53,662 nt of DNA, taken from Actinomycetota bacterium. Its GTDB lineage: Bacteria; Actinomycetota; UBA4738. Positions within the stretch are counted from its first letter, which is position 1. Every line of letters begins with the position of its first letter. Where the stretch lies: NCBI GenBank assembly GCA_036721725.1, contig DAIMKN010000001.1, positions 1-53,662 of the forward strand, written 5' to 3'. The position numbers and the translations under genes are program-made. This document shows, piece after piece, positions 1 through 8,304 of the stretch. The notes under the pieces are model-generated. The model saw only the letters and a list, made by a program, of their open reading frames with translations. It had not been told where the DNA came from and searched no databases.

Positions 1-1700
1 CCGGACCAGAAGACCTTGCCGATGACCGACGCGTTCTGGAGCAGCGACTTTCGGTCGACGGAGAGGGTGTCCAGGCGCGCGCCGATCAACGCCTGCACCG
101 ATTCGGGGAGCGGGACGGCTTGCGGCGCGACCGTGAGCCGGAGCGACGCGCCCTGACGTTCGAGGATCCCGCGGTCGAGGAGCATCCGGACGAACTCCTC
201 CGCGTAGAGGGGGTTGCCGCCGGCGCGTTCCAGGAGCTCGGCCTGGACGTCGGCGGGCAGCACGGCCTGCTCCAACAGCGCCGACAGCAGACGAGCGGTG
301 TCGGCCTCCGACAGCGGCGACAGCGAGATGGTCGTGGAGTTGCGCTTCCCGCCGCCCCAGCCGGGATGGCGTTCGTACAGCTCCGGCCGGGCCGAACAGA
401 TCACGAGCAGGGGCACGCCGCTCGACCACTCGACGAGATGTTCGACGAACTCAACGAGCGAACCGTCGGCCCAGTGCAAGTCCTCGAATACCAGGACCAG
501 CGGGTCTCGCGCGGCGATCGATTCCAGGAACCGGCCCCACGCGGTGAACGCCTCGTCGCGGCTGTCGCGTTGCGCGTCCTGGCCGCCGACGCCGACCAGC
601 GGCGCGAGCCGGCCGCGGAGCCAGTCTCGTTCCGAAACGTCTTGCGACAGAGTCACCAACGCGATCTCGAGCTTGGCCAGGGCCTCCTCCGGCGAGTCAG
701 TCTCCAGGACGCCGGCCTGGGCCTTGACCATCTCGCCGAGCGCCCAGTACGTCACCCCCTCGCCGTAAGGGAGGCACCGTCCCTGCCGCCAGTACACGAG
801 GTCCGGACGGTCGTCGAGGTGCTGCTTCAGCTCCCACAGCAGGCGTGTCTTGCCGACGCCGGGTTCGCCGACGATGGTGACGAGCTGGACCGACGGCTCG
901 GCAACGGCTCGCGCGAACGTCTGGGTGAGCAGGCCGAACTCATTCGATCGCCCCACGAACGGCGTCCGCGTTCCCTGTTCGACGTCGACGCCGAACCGGC
1001 TGCGAGCTGACATCGCGCGCCAGATGGGGATCGGATCAGCTTTGCCCTTGACCGTCACCGGATCGAGCGCGTCGTACGAGATCAGGTCCTTGGTCGCTCG
1101 ATAGGTGATCTCTCCCACGACGATGCCGCCGACCGGCGCGGCCGTTTGCAGACGCGCCGCGGTGTTGACGACGTCCCCGGCGACCATTCCCTCGCCTTCC
1201 TGCGGCCGAGCACCAAGGGCGACGACCGCTTCACCTGTGTTCACGCCGATCCGAACGGACAGATCGAGGCCGGGTCGCTCCTCGTTCATCTCGGAGATCG
1301 AATCGACGATGCGAAGCGCCGCCCGAACCGCGCGCTCGGCGTCATCCTCATGTGCGACGGGCGCGCCGAAGACGGCCATGACGGCGTCTCCGATGAACTT
1401 CTCGACGGTGCCGCCGAAGCGCTCGATATCCCTGCGCAGCCGAGCATGGTAGGGACGCAGCGTGGCGCGGACATCCTCCGGGTCAGCGTGATCGGAGCGC
1501 GCCGTGAACCCGACGAGGTCGCAGAACAGGACCGAGACGAGCTTGCGCTCCTCCCGGCGCGACTCGGGCTCCGCCGTCAGCGCCTTGCCGCACGACAGGC
1601 AGAATCGAGCGCGGGCCGGGTTCTCCTCGCCGCAGACCGAGCAGACCGCCACGGCAGGAGTGTAAGAGCAGCGGGAACCGGAGGACGCCGCCACGACCAT
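1..1700 (-). CDS. Zinc-ribbon / class III adenylate-guanylate cyclase / AAA (STAND-type) ATPase regulator; C-terminus runs off the window
   Basis: My own minus-strand translation; the frame is open at the window edge, so it is absent from the ORF track. ATG at 1700-1698 with an in-frame TGA 7 codons upstream. N-terminus MVVAASSGSRCSYTPAVAVCSVCGEENPARARFCLSCG is a double CxxC ribbon. Cyclase motifs VSVLFCDLVGFT, KFIGDAVMAVFGAP and GDVVNTAARL follow, then P-loop GEPGVGKT and LVLVFEDLHWAD. Confidence 0.85.
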   Translation of the reverse strand, partial: MVVAASSGSRCSYTPAVAVCSVCGEENPARARFCLSCGKALTAEPESRREERKLVSVLFCDLVGFTARSDHADPEDVRATLRPYHARLRRDIERFGGTVEKFIGDAVMAVFGAPVAHEDDAERAVRAALRIVDSISEMNEERPGLDLSVRIGVNTGEAVVALGARPQEGEGMVAGDVVNTAARLQTAAPVGGIVVGEITYRATKDLISYDALDPVTVKGKADPIPIWRAMSARSRFGVDVEQGTRTPFVGRSNEFGLLTQTFARAVAEPSVQLVTIVGEPGVGKTRLLWELKQHLDDRPDLVYWRQGRCLPYGEGVTYWALGEMVKAQAGVLETDSPEEALAKLEIALVTLSQDVSERDWLRGRLAPLVGVGGQDAQRDSRDEAFTAWGRFLESIAARDPLVLVFEDLHWADGSLVEFVEHLVEWSSGVPLLVICSARPELYERHPGWGGGKRNSTTISLSPLSEADTARLLSALLEQAVLPADVQAELLERAGGNPLYAEEFVRMLLDRGILERQGASLRLTVAPQAVPLPESVQALIGARLDTLSVDRKSLLQNASVIGKVFWS

Positions 1701-1721
1701 GTGGATTCTCGGGCGGGCGTT

Positions 1722-2357
1722 TCAGCCTGGGTCTTCGGGACTCCATCCTTCGGGGAAGTCGGCGTTCGTCCAGGAAGGGTCCGGGCGCCAGTTCGACCAG
1801 TCTTGGTCGAACGGCGGGCGGGCGTTCGTGATGCGGTCGACGGCGTCGCGCCCGGCCTCGTAGAACCCCTCGGCGTCGGCGGGGGAGAAGATGCTCAGGG
1901 CGACGGCGTCGGAAAGTTCGTCCTCGTCCTTCCACCGCCATGTGCCGTCCACCGCCACCAGCACATCCAGCAGATGGTCGGTGTAATCGAACCCTTCGTC
2001 GGTCGCCACCAGCGGTGACTGCAGGTTCACGTACCACCCGCCGAACTCCTCCGTCTGCGCGTCCCACCAGCCCAGCACCGCGTAGGCCACGTCCGGCCAG
2101 GCGAACGACAGGATCCGCCACGCCGAACTGGTTCGCCGCCGGAACGCCCACGGGTCCACCGGCAACCGAAGCTCCACCTCATCCGGCCCGACAGGCACGA
2201 TCCGGGGGTTGCGCGGCGCCACGTAGAACGAACGCTCCTCCGCCGAGTCGGAGATGACGCGAACGGGCCGGGCGGACCACGTTCGGCCCTGCCACACCTC
2301 GCGGAGAACGACCACGTCGCCGGGCTTCCAGGCCATCTTGGCGCCGAACGTCCTCAC
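1722..2357 (-). CDS. DUF402 family protein (FomD / Ntdp-like nucleoside di-/triphosphatase fold)
   Basis: ORF track 1722..2357. FGGWYVNLQSP...FDYTDHLLDVLVAVDGTWRWKDEDEL matches the DUF402 pattern as I remember it. The GTG start at 2357 overlaps the stop of the upstream RHH gene (GTGA); an alternative ATG is at 2336. Only 21 nt separate its stop from the cyclase/ATPase ATG. Confidence 0.75.
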   Translation of the reverse strand: MRTFGAKMAWKPGDVVVLREVWQGRTWSARPVRVISDSAEERSFYVAPRNPRIVPVGPDEVELRLPVDPWAFRRRTSSAWRILSFAWPDVAYAVLGWWDAQTEEFGGWYVNLQSPLVATDEGFDYTDHLLDVLVAVDGTWRWKDEDELSDAVALSIFSPADAEGFYEAGRDAVDRITNARPPFDQDWSNWRPDPSWTNADFPEGWSPEDPG

Positions 2358-2593
2358 GCTCCGAAGGCCTCGTCGAGATGTTCGTCGTGGCGCTTGCTGA
2401 CGTCGGTGTGTTCTGAGCGGAACCCCCCGATCGCAGCGATCGCTCGGTCACGTCTCACAAGGGCGTCCTCTTCTTGGAGCAAGTGATCGACGGCCTCGCG
2501 GATGACAGTGGACATGGACACCCGTCGGGACGCGGCGATCCGGCGCAGCCGTGCGGCCTGCTCCGCGGTGAAGTAGACGTTCGTTCGGACCAT
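2354..2593 (-). CDS. Ribbon-helix-helix (CopG/RHH_1) DNA-binding protein, antitoxin-like
   Basis: ORF track 2354..2605. VYFTAEQAARLRRIAASRRVSMSTVIREAVDHLL is a typical RHH strand-helix-helix. The second ATG (2593) is preceded by GGAGG with a 5-nt spacer, so I prefer it over 2605. Confidence 0.75.
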   Translation of the reverse strand: MVRTNVYFTAEQAARLRRIAASRRVSMSTVIREAVDHLLQEEDALVRRDRAIAAIGGFRSEHTDVSKRHDEHLDEAFGA

Positions 2594-2644
2594 GAGGACC
2601 TCCATGATGCAAGAGTTTCCTGAACCCGCCGGCAGGAGTAGGAT

Positions 2645-2660
2645 TCGAACATATGTTCGA
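2645..2660. promoter_or_regulatory. LexA (SOS) box TCGAAC-ATAT-GTTCGA
   Basis: Perfect 16-bp palindrome matching the actinobacterial/Gram-positive LexA operator TCGAAC-N4-GTTCGA. It lies in the short divergent intergenic region and overlaps the dnaE2 ATG (2653-2655). It sits immediately downstream of a -10-like TAGGAT (2639-2644), with TTTCCT 17 nt further upstream. That geometry fits a leaderless, LexA-occluded promoter. Confidence 0.8.
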
Positions 2661-5600
2661 TTCCCCTGAAGGGTTCGTACACCTCGACGTGCGTTCGTAC
2701 TTCTCGATCAAGGACGGCGCGTTCTCGCCGGAGGATCTGGCGCTGCGGGCGGTGGCGCTCGGGATGCCAGCGGTGGCGCTGGCGGACCGGGACGGGGTGT
2801 ACGGCGCGCCACGGTTCGTCGAGGCGTGCCGGCAGGTGAGCGCCCAGGTGGCTCCGGTCCGACCGCTGCTGGGTGCATCGCTCACAGTTGGCGGTCGCGG
2901 CGGCGACCATCGCGTGGTTCTGCTGGCGTCGAACGCCACCGGGTACGCGAACCTGTGCGGACTCCTCACCACCGCGCACATGACGGGGGAGCGGGGCGAT
3001 CCCGCGCTCACCGCGGGGCAGGTGTGCGAACGCGCGGATGGCTTGATCTGCCTCCTCGGGCCTGACTCCGAGCCGGGCGGGTTGGCCGCTGGTGGCCGTC
3101 CGGACGCCGCCCGTGCCGCTCTCCAACCGTGGCGGGAGGCGTTCGGCGGGCGGCCCGACGCGCATCGGTCGGGGGTGTTCGTGGCGGTACAGCATCGCCG
3201 GGAGGCCGACAGCGATCAGCAGGTCCGCCGGCTCCTCCGTCTCTCGAAAGACGCGGGTATCCCCGCAGTGGCCACGAACGGCGTTCGCTATCTGGTGCCG
3301 GAGGACGCGTTCCTGGCCGACGTCCTGGAGTGCATGCGCCAGATCGTGCCGCTCGCCGCCCACCACGTCTCCCGCCGCAACGCCGAGGGCTATCTGAAGT
3401 GCCCCCGCCAGATGCGGGCGCTGTTCGCCCAACGTCCAGACCTGTGCGACGCGACGCTCGCCATCGCCGAGCGGTGTTCGTTCGACCTCGGCATCCGGCA
3501 GGTCCACTTCCCCGACTTCCCCACGCCGCGAGGCCGCAGCGCCGGGAGCGTCCTGGCCGAACGCTGCCACCGAGGCCTCGCCGAGCGCGGCATGCGGCTC
3601 ACGAAAGAAGTCCAGGACCGGCTGGACCACGAGCTCGCTCAGATCCACCTCATGGGCTACGCGGCGTACTTCCTGACGGTCGCTGACATCGTCGCCGACA
3701 TCCGTTCGATCGGCATCCGCTGCGCCTGTCGCGGCTCGGCGGCCAGTTCATTAGTTTGCTACCTGACCCGCATCTCCGACGTCGATCCCATCCGTCACGG
3801 CCTGCTGTTCGAACGCTTCCTCAACCCCTACCGCGACGAGCTGCCCGACATCGACATCGACGTCGAATCGGCCCGGCGGGAGGACGTGTACGGGCTGATC
3901 CTGGCCCGCCACGGCGAGGACCGGTGCGCCTGCGTGAACATGGTCGACACCTACCGGGCCCGCGGCGCGATCCGGGAGGTGGGCAAGGCGCTCGGCCTGC
4001 CCGGGGGCGAGATTGACCTGGCGGCTAAGGCCTTCCCCCACGTCGGCGCGCACCACGTTCGGGAAGCCATGGCCCACCTCCCCGAGCTCAAAGGCCTCAA
4101 CCTGAACGCCGGGCAGCTGGAGACGCTGTTCACGGTGGTCGAACGCCTGGACGGCTTCCCCCGCCACATCGCGCTGCATCCCTCCGGCATCGTGCTGTCC
4201 GGCCACGACCTCGTCGAACGCGTCCCGCTGGAGCGAAGCTTCCAGGGCTTCCGGATGATCCAGGCCGACAAGGACGACGTCGAACTCCTCGGGCTGTTGA
4301 AGCTCGACATCCTGGGCATCCGGATGCTCTCGGCCATGCGCCACTGCCTGGACGAGATCGCCCGCGTCGACGACCGGAAGGTGGACCTCGAACAGGCCGA
4401 TCTTGCGGACGCCGCGACGTTCGAGCTCATCCGTTCGTCGGACACGCTCGGTTGCTTCCAGATCGAGTCGCCCGGCCAGCGCGAGCTCCTCCAGAAGTTC
4501 CAGCCGACGGAGTGGGCGGACCTCATCGTCGACATCTCGCTGTTCCGGCCCGGCCCGGTTAAGTCCGACATGGTCTCGCCGTTCGTCCGCCGCCGCCACG
4601 GGCTGGAGCCGGAGACCTACATCCACCCGGCGCTGCGGCCCGCGCTCGCCGAGACGCACGGCGTGATCGTCTACCACGAACAGGTCATGCGGGTGCTGGC
4701 GGCCATCGGCGGCTACGACCTGGCCGAGGCCGACCGCATCCGCCGCCACCTCGGTGACGCCGTGGAGACCGACCCCGTCCACCGCGACTTCGTGGCCCGG
4801 GCCATGTCGCACCTCGGCGTGCCGCACGAGGAGGCCGAACGCCTGTGGCACGCCGTCGAACAGTTCGCGTCGTTCGGCTTCTGCAAGGCCCACGCGGCGG
4901 CGTTCGCCGTGGTGACCTATCAGTCCGCGTGGCTCAAGGCGCATCACCCGGCCCACTTCCTGGCGGGCGTGCTGACCCACGAGCCGGGGATGTATCCGCG
5001 CCGGCTGATCCTGGAGGACGCCCGCCGCCACGGCATCCAGATCCTGCCGCTCGACGCGAACGCCAGCGAGCCCGAGTACACCGTGGAGGTCGTCGCCGAC
5101 GACGGTCCGCGTTACGGCATCCGGTTGGGCCTGCAGGACGTGAAGGGCATCTCGGAAGCCGAGATCCGTTCGATCCTGGAGGCCCGGGCCGAACGTCCGT
5201 TCACCGACACCGGCGACGTCCTGCGCCGGACCTCGCTCACCCGCCCCGTGGCCGAGGCCATGGCCCACGCCGGGGCGTTCGACCTCCTGCCCGACGGCCG
5301 CACCGGCCCCAGATCCCGGCGCGACCGGCTGTTCGTGGCCATGACCGCTGAGGCGCCGCGAGAGGGCGAACAGGCCACGCTCCCGCTGTCGGTCGACCCC
5401 GCCGCCCTGCTCACCGGCCTGCGCGGCTACACCGACGCCGAACAGGTCAAGGCCGAACTCGAGGTGCTCGGCCTGGACGCCACCCGCCACCTGCTGTCGT
5501 TCTATCAGCCGCTCATGGATGACCTCGGGGTGATCCCCGCCGCCGACCTCCACCGTCAGCGGGGGGACCGGTGGGTGATGGTGGCCGGCATCAAGGTGGC

Positions 5601-5949
5601 CTCGCAGACCCCGGCCATCCGCAGCGGCCAGCGCATCATCTTCCTGACCCTCGACGACGGCACCGGCCTGTCCGACGTCACGGTGTTCGAACGCGTTCAG
5701 CCGTGGTGCGCCCAGACCATCTTCCACGGATTCCTGCTGGCGGTGTGGGGGAGGCTCCGGCGGACCGGGGTGAAGGGCGTGAGTATCATCGCCGAACAGG
5801 CGTGGGATCTGGCGACGCTGGGGGTGGCACGACGCGAGGGAAGGCTGGCCGAGGCGCTGCGGGCGGGCGCGGGCGCCGGCCCGAACGTCACGCATGCAGT
5901 GGAGACCCGAAAGCTGTGGCACGCCAGCCCCGGTTCGGCCGGACGATGA
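2653..5949 (+). CDS. dnaE2: Error-prone DNA polymerase DnaE2 (ImuC-type C-family polymerase)
   Basis: ORF track, 1098 aa. PHP-domain start FVHLDVRSYFSIKDGA, the GFCKAHAAAFAVVTYQSAWLKAHHP motif, a size typical of DnaE2 and shorter than the replicative dnaE at 42178, and an SOS box on the start codon. Confidence 0.9.
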   Translation: MFDSPEGFVHLDVRSYFSIKDGAFSPEDLALRAVALGMPAVALADRDGVYGAPRFVEACRQVSAQVAPVRPLLGASLTVGGRGGDHRVVLLASNATGYANLCGLLTTAHMTGERGDPALTAGQVCERADGLICLLGPDSEPGGLAAGGRPDAARAALQPWREAFGGRPDAHRSGVFVAVQHRREADSDQQVRRLLRLSKDAGIPAVATNGVRYLVPEDAFLADVLECMRQIVPLAAHHVSRRNAEGYLKCPRQMRALFAQRPDLCDATLAIAERCSFDLGIRQVHFPDFPTPRGRSAGSVLAERCHRGLAERGMRLTKEVQDRLDHELAQIHLMGYAAYFLTVADIVADIRSIGIRCACRGSAASSLVCYLTRISDVDPIRHGLLFERFLNPYRDELPDIDIDVESARREDVYGLILARHGEDRCACVNMVDTYRARGAIREVGKALGLPGGEIDLAAKAFPHVGAHHVREAMAHLPELKGLNLNAGQLETLFTVVERLDGFPRHIALHPSGIVLSGHDLVERVPLERSFQGFRMIQADKDDVELLGLLKLDILGIRMLSAMRHCLDEIARVDDRKVDLEQADLADAATFELIRSSDTLGCFQIESPGQRELLQKFQPTEWADLIVDISLFRPGPVKSDMVSPFVRRRHGLEPETYIHPALRPALAETHGVIVYHEQVMRVLAAIGGYDLAEADRIRRHLGDAVETDPVHRDFVARAMSHLGVPHEEAERLWHAVEQFASFGFCKAHAAAFAVVTYQSAWLKAHHPAHFLAGVLTHEPGMYPRRLILEDARRHGIQILPLDANASEPEYTVEVVADDGPRYGIRLGLQDVKGISEAEIRSILEARAERPFTDTGDVLRRTSLTRPVAEAMAHAGAFDLLPDGRTGPRSRRDRLFVAMTAEAPREGEQATLPLSVDPAALLTGLRGYTDAEQVKAELEVLGLDATRHLLSFYQPLMDDLGVIPAADLHRQRGDRWVMVAGIKVASQTPAIRSGQRIIFLTLDDGTGLSDVTVFERVQPWCAQTIFHGFLLAVWGRLRRTGVKGVSIIAEQAWDLATLGVARREGRLAEALRAGAGAGPNVTHAVETRKLWHASPGSAGR

Positions 5950-5965
5950 CCCGCCACGCCGAACG

Positions 5966-7168
5966 ATGACCCGGCGCCCCGAACGCATCGCGCCGTCCGA
6001 GCCCATCCTCCACGTCGACCTCGACGCGTTCTACGCCTCCGTGGAGGTGCTGAAGGATCCCACCCTGGCCGGCAAACCCGTGGTCGTGGGGAGCGCCGCC
6101 GCCCGCGGCGTCATCATGTCCGCTTCCTACGCCGCCCGGGCCCGCGGCCTCCACTCCGCCATGCCCAGCGTCAGGGCGCGCCGCCTGTGTCCCGACGTGG
6201 TGTTCGTGCCGCCCGACTTCGACTCCTACCGCACCTACTCGAACCGGTTCCGGGAGATCCTGCTCGGGGTCACGCCGGTGGTCGAGCCCATCTCCCTGGA
6301 CGAGGCCTTCCTGGACGTGACCGGCGCGGTGCTGCTATTCGGCCCGCCCGTCGCCATCGGCGAACGCATCCGCCGGCAGGTCCGCGCCGGCCTCGGCCTG
6401 GTCGCCTCGGTGGGGGTCGGTCCGACCAAGCTCATCGCCAAGCTCTGTTCGACACGGGTCAAGCCGGACGGGCTCATGGTGGTCACCGCGCAGGAGATGG
6501 TCCCGTTCCTCCACGGCCTGCCCGTCGCCGCGCTGTGGGGCGTGGGGGAGAAGACCGCCGAGCTCCTGGCGCGGCTCGGCATCCGGACCGTGGCCGAGCT
6601 CGCCGCGACGTCGCCGGCCATCCTCGAACGCGTCCTGGGCGAGGGCCAGGCCCGAACGCTCCTCGCCCTCGCCGCCGGCCAGGACGAACGCGCCGTGACG
6701 CCGTTCGAGCCGCCCAAGTCCATCAGCCACGAGGAGACGTATGCCCGCGACCTCGACGACGAACAGGACATCCTCCGCGAGCTGCTCCGGCTCTCGCACC
6801 GCGTCGCGGCCAGGCTCCGGGCCGACGGCTACCGGGCCCGCACCGTCACGGTCAAGCTCCGCTTGCCGAGCTTCACCACCCTGACCCGTTCGTCCACGCT
6901 CAAGGATCCCACCGACCTTGCCTCGGACCTGTACCGCGTCTCGGGCGAGCTCTTCCGAAAGCTCCCCGAATCCCGCCGCCGGTTCCGCCTCCTCGGCGTG
7001 TCCGCGACCGGCCTCGTCCCGGCCGGTGCCGAACAGGTCGCCCTGATTCGGGAGGGGCGGTGGGAGGAGGCCGAACGCACCCTCGACCGCATCGAACGCC
7101 GGTTCGGCAAGGGGGCGTCGATGCCGGCCACGCTGCTCGACGAACCACGTTCTCCGCAGACGGGATAG
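5966..7168 (+). CDS. dinB: DNA polymerase IV (Y-family translesion polymerase)
   Basis: ORF track 5894..7168. ILHVDLDAFYASVEVLKDP and SLDEAFLDVTG are Y-family signatures. I chose ATG 5966 because it leaves about 13 aa before the conserved HVDLD block, as in homologs. Confidence 0.9.
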   Translation: MTRRPERIAPSEPILHVDLDAFYASVEVLKDPTLAGKPVVVGSAAARGVIMSASYAARARGLHSAMPSVRARRLCPDVVFVPPDFDSYRTYSNRFREILLGVTPVVEPISLDEAFLDVTGAVLLFGPPVAIGERIRRQVRAGLGLVASVGVGPTKLIAKLCSTRVKPDGLMVVTAQEMVPFLHGLPVAALWGVGEKTAELLARLGIRTVAELAATSPAILERVLGEGQARTLLALAAGQDERAVTPFEPPKSISHEETYARDLDDEQDILRELLRLSHRVAARLRADGYRARTVTVKLRLPSFTTLTRSSTLKDPTDLASDLYRVSGELFRKLPESRRRFRLLGVSATGLVPAGAEQVALIREGRWEEAERTLDRIERRFGKGASMPATLLDEPRSPQTG

Positions 7169-7188
7169 CCCGTTGCGCCAACCGTTCC

Positions 7189-7194
7189 TATAAT
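7189..7194 (+). promoter_or_regulatory. Candidate -10 element (TATAAT) for a leaderless DUF3040 transcript
   Basis: A perfect TATAAT ends 6 nt before the GTG start at 7200. There is no SD sequence, which fits actinobacterial leaderless mRNAs. I found no convincing -35. Confidence 0.4.
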
Positions 7195-7199
7195 CCAAG

Positions 7200-7607
7200 G
7201 TGAGCGAAGAACCCTCCGGCTCGAAGGGACCCATGCCTCTCTCCGAACACGAGCAGCGCATCCTCGAAGAGATCGAGAAGCGGCTGGCCGAAGAGGACCC
7301 TCGGCTGGCCCAGTCCGTGTCGCGAGTCACCGTCACCTCCGACGCGCTTCGCCGCATCCGATGGGGCGTGGCAGGGTTCTTCGCCGGGTTCGTGCTGCTG
7401 ATGTTCTTCTTCCTGCCCCGGGCCGGCGTCTGGCTGGCCGTGGCGGGGTTCGCGGCGATGCTCGCCTCCGCCCTGCTCGTCTACCACTACCTCAAGCGCA
7501 TGGGCCGCGACCAGCTCCGCTCGCTGGAGCGAGGTGGACGGCTGTCGGTGACCGGCGCGCTGGCCCGCATGGCCGAACGTTTCCGCCGTCCGCCCACCGG
7601 CCGCTGA
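7200..7607 (+). CDS. DUF3040 domain membrane protein
   Basis: ORF track, 135 aa. The N-terminal LSEHEQRILEEIEKRLAEEDPRLA motif followed by two hydrophobic helices is the DUF3040 pattern common in Actinobacteria. Confidence 0.75.
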   Translation: MSEEPSGSKGPMPLSEHEQRILEEIEKRLAEEDPRLAQSVSRVTVTSDALRRIRWGVAGFFAGFVLLMFFFLPRAGVWLAVAGFAAMLASALLVYHYLKRMGRDQLRSLERGGRLSVTGALARMAERFRRPPTGR

Positions 7608-7706
7608 CCGCGTCGTTCCCACGCACTCTCTGACCTGGCGGCGACAGGCCCCCGAACGACACTTCCTTCCACTTGGGGTCACGTTCGCGCTGGTCACGCG
7701 GTCGTC

Positions 7707-7735
7707 TTGCAGCCAGGTTGACGGTGCCGTAGTTT
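7707..7735 (+). promoter_or_regulatory. Candidate sigma-70-type promoter TTGCAG-17 nt-TAGTTT upstream of the MerR gene
   Basis: Hexamers and spacing read directly from the sequence; the -10 fits TANNNT. Pattern match only. Confidence 0.3.
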
Positions 7736-7814
7736 CTCGGTTCCTTCCCTCCGGCGTCGTCGGGTTCCGACGGGTGTCGGGCCCCGCCGGACGAACGCAC
7801 CGCAAGGAGCACCG

Positions 7815-8297
7815 TTGGAGGGTTTCACCGCGCATCAGGCGTCGAGGTTCACGGGCTGCACCCCGCGGCAGCTCCGGTACTGGGACCAGATCGGGTTGGT
7901 CCGGCCTTCGTTGCAGCAGACCGGCGGGCGGCCGGGCGTTCCCCGGATGTATTCGTTCCGAGACCTCGTGGCGCTGAAGGTGGTGAAGTCTCTCCTGGAC
8001 GGAGGCCTCTCCCTGCAGCGGGTCCGGCGCGCCTGGGAGTTCCTGAACAAGAAGGCCGGGCTGGACCAGCACCTGTCCGAGGTGAAGCTCGTCACCGACG
8101 GCAAGTCGGTGTTCCGGGTGGTCCGGCGGGAGGGCGAGGTCCTCGACGCGCTGCGGCAGGGGCAGATGGCGTTCTTCGTCGCCATCGACGAGGTGACCCG
8201 CCAGGTCTCGGCCGAGGTCGCGGAGTTCAAGAACGACCGCGACCAGTTCATCCGGGCGCTGCGGGACGCGAACCGCGAGGCTCGGCTCGGCTCGTAG
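7815..8297 (+). CDS. MerR family transcriptional regulator
   Basis: ORF track, 160 aa. The N-terminal HTH FTAHQASRFTGCTPRQLRYWDQIGLVRP...YSFRDLVALKVV is MerR-like. TTG start is preceded by AAGGAG (7803-7808). Confidence 0.8.
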   Translation: MEGFTAHQASRFTGCTPRQLRYWDQIGLVRPSLQQTGGRPGVPRMYSFRDLVALKVVKSLLDGGLSLQRVRRAWEFLNKKAGLDQHLSEVKLVTDGKSVFRVVRREGEVLDALRQGQMAFFVAIDEVTRQVSAEVAEFKNDRDQFIRALRDANREARLGS

Positions 8298-8304
8298 TCG
8301 AGGC

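Noticed and set aside
120-2151. Plus- and minus-strand ORFs 120..1010, 214..768, 1146..2018 and 1483..2151, listed over the left end.
   Set aside because: They overlap the clearly recognisable minus-strand cyclase/ATPase and DUF402 genes and have low-complexity Arg/Pro-rich translations.
7093-7106. A second LexA-like site, TCGAAC-GCCG-GTTCGG (11 of 12 consensus positions), inside the 3' end of dinB, about 95 bp upstream of the DUF3040 start.
   Set aside because: It lies in coding sequence (encoding IERRFG) and about 80 bp from the nearest promoter-like element. With CGAAC/GTTCG occurring every 60-70 nt, I estimate about three chance CGAAC-N4-GTTCG matches per window. A genome-wide LexA matrix scan or ChIP-seq would be needed to revive it.
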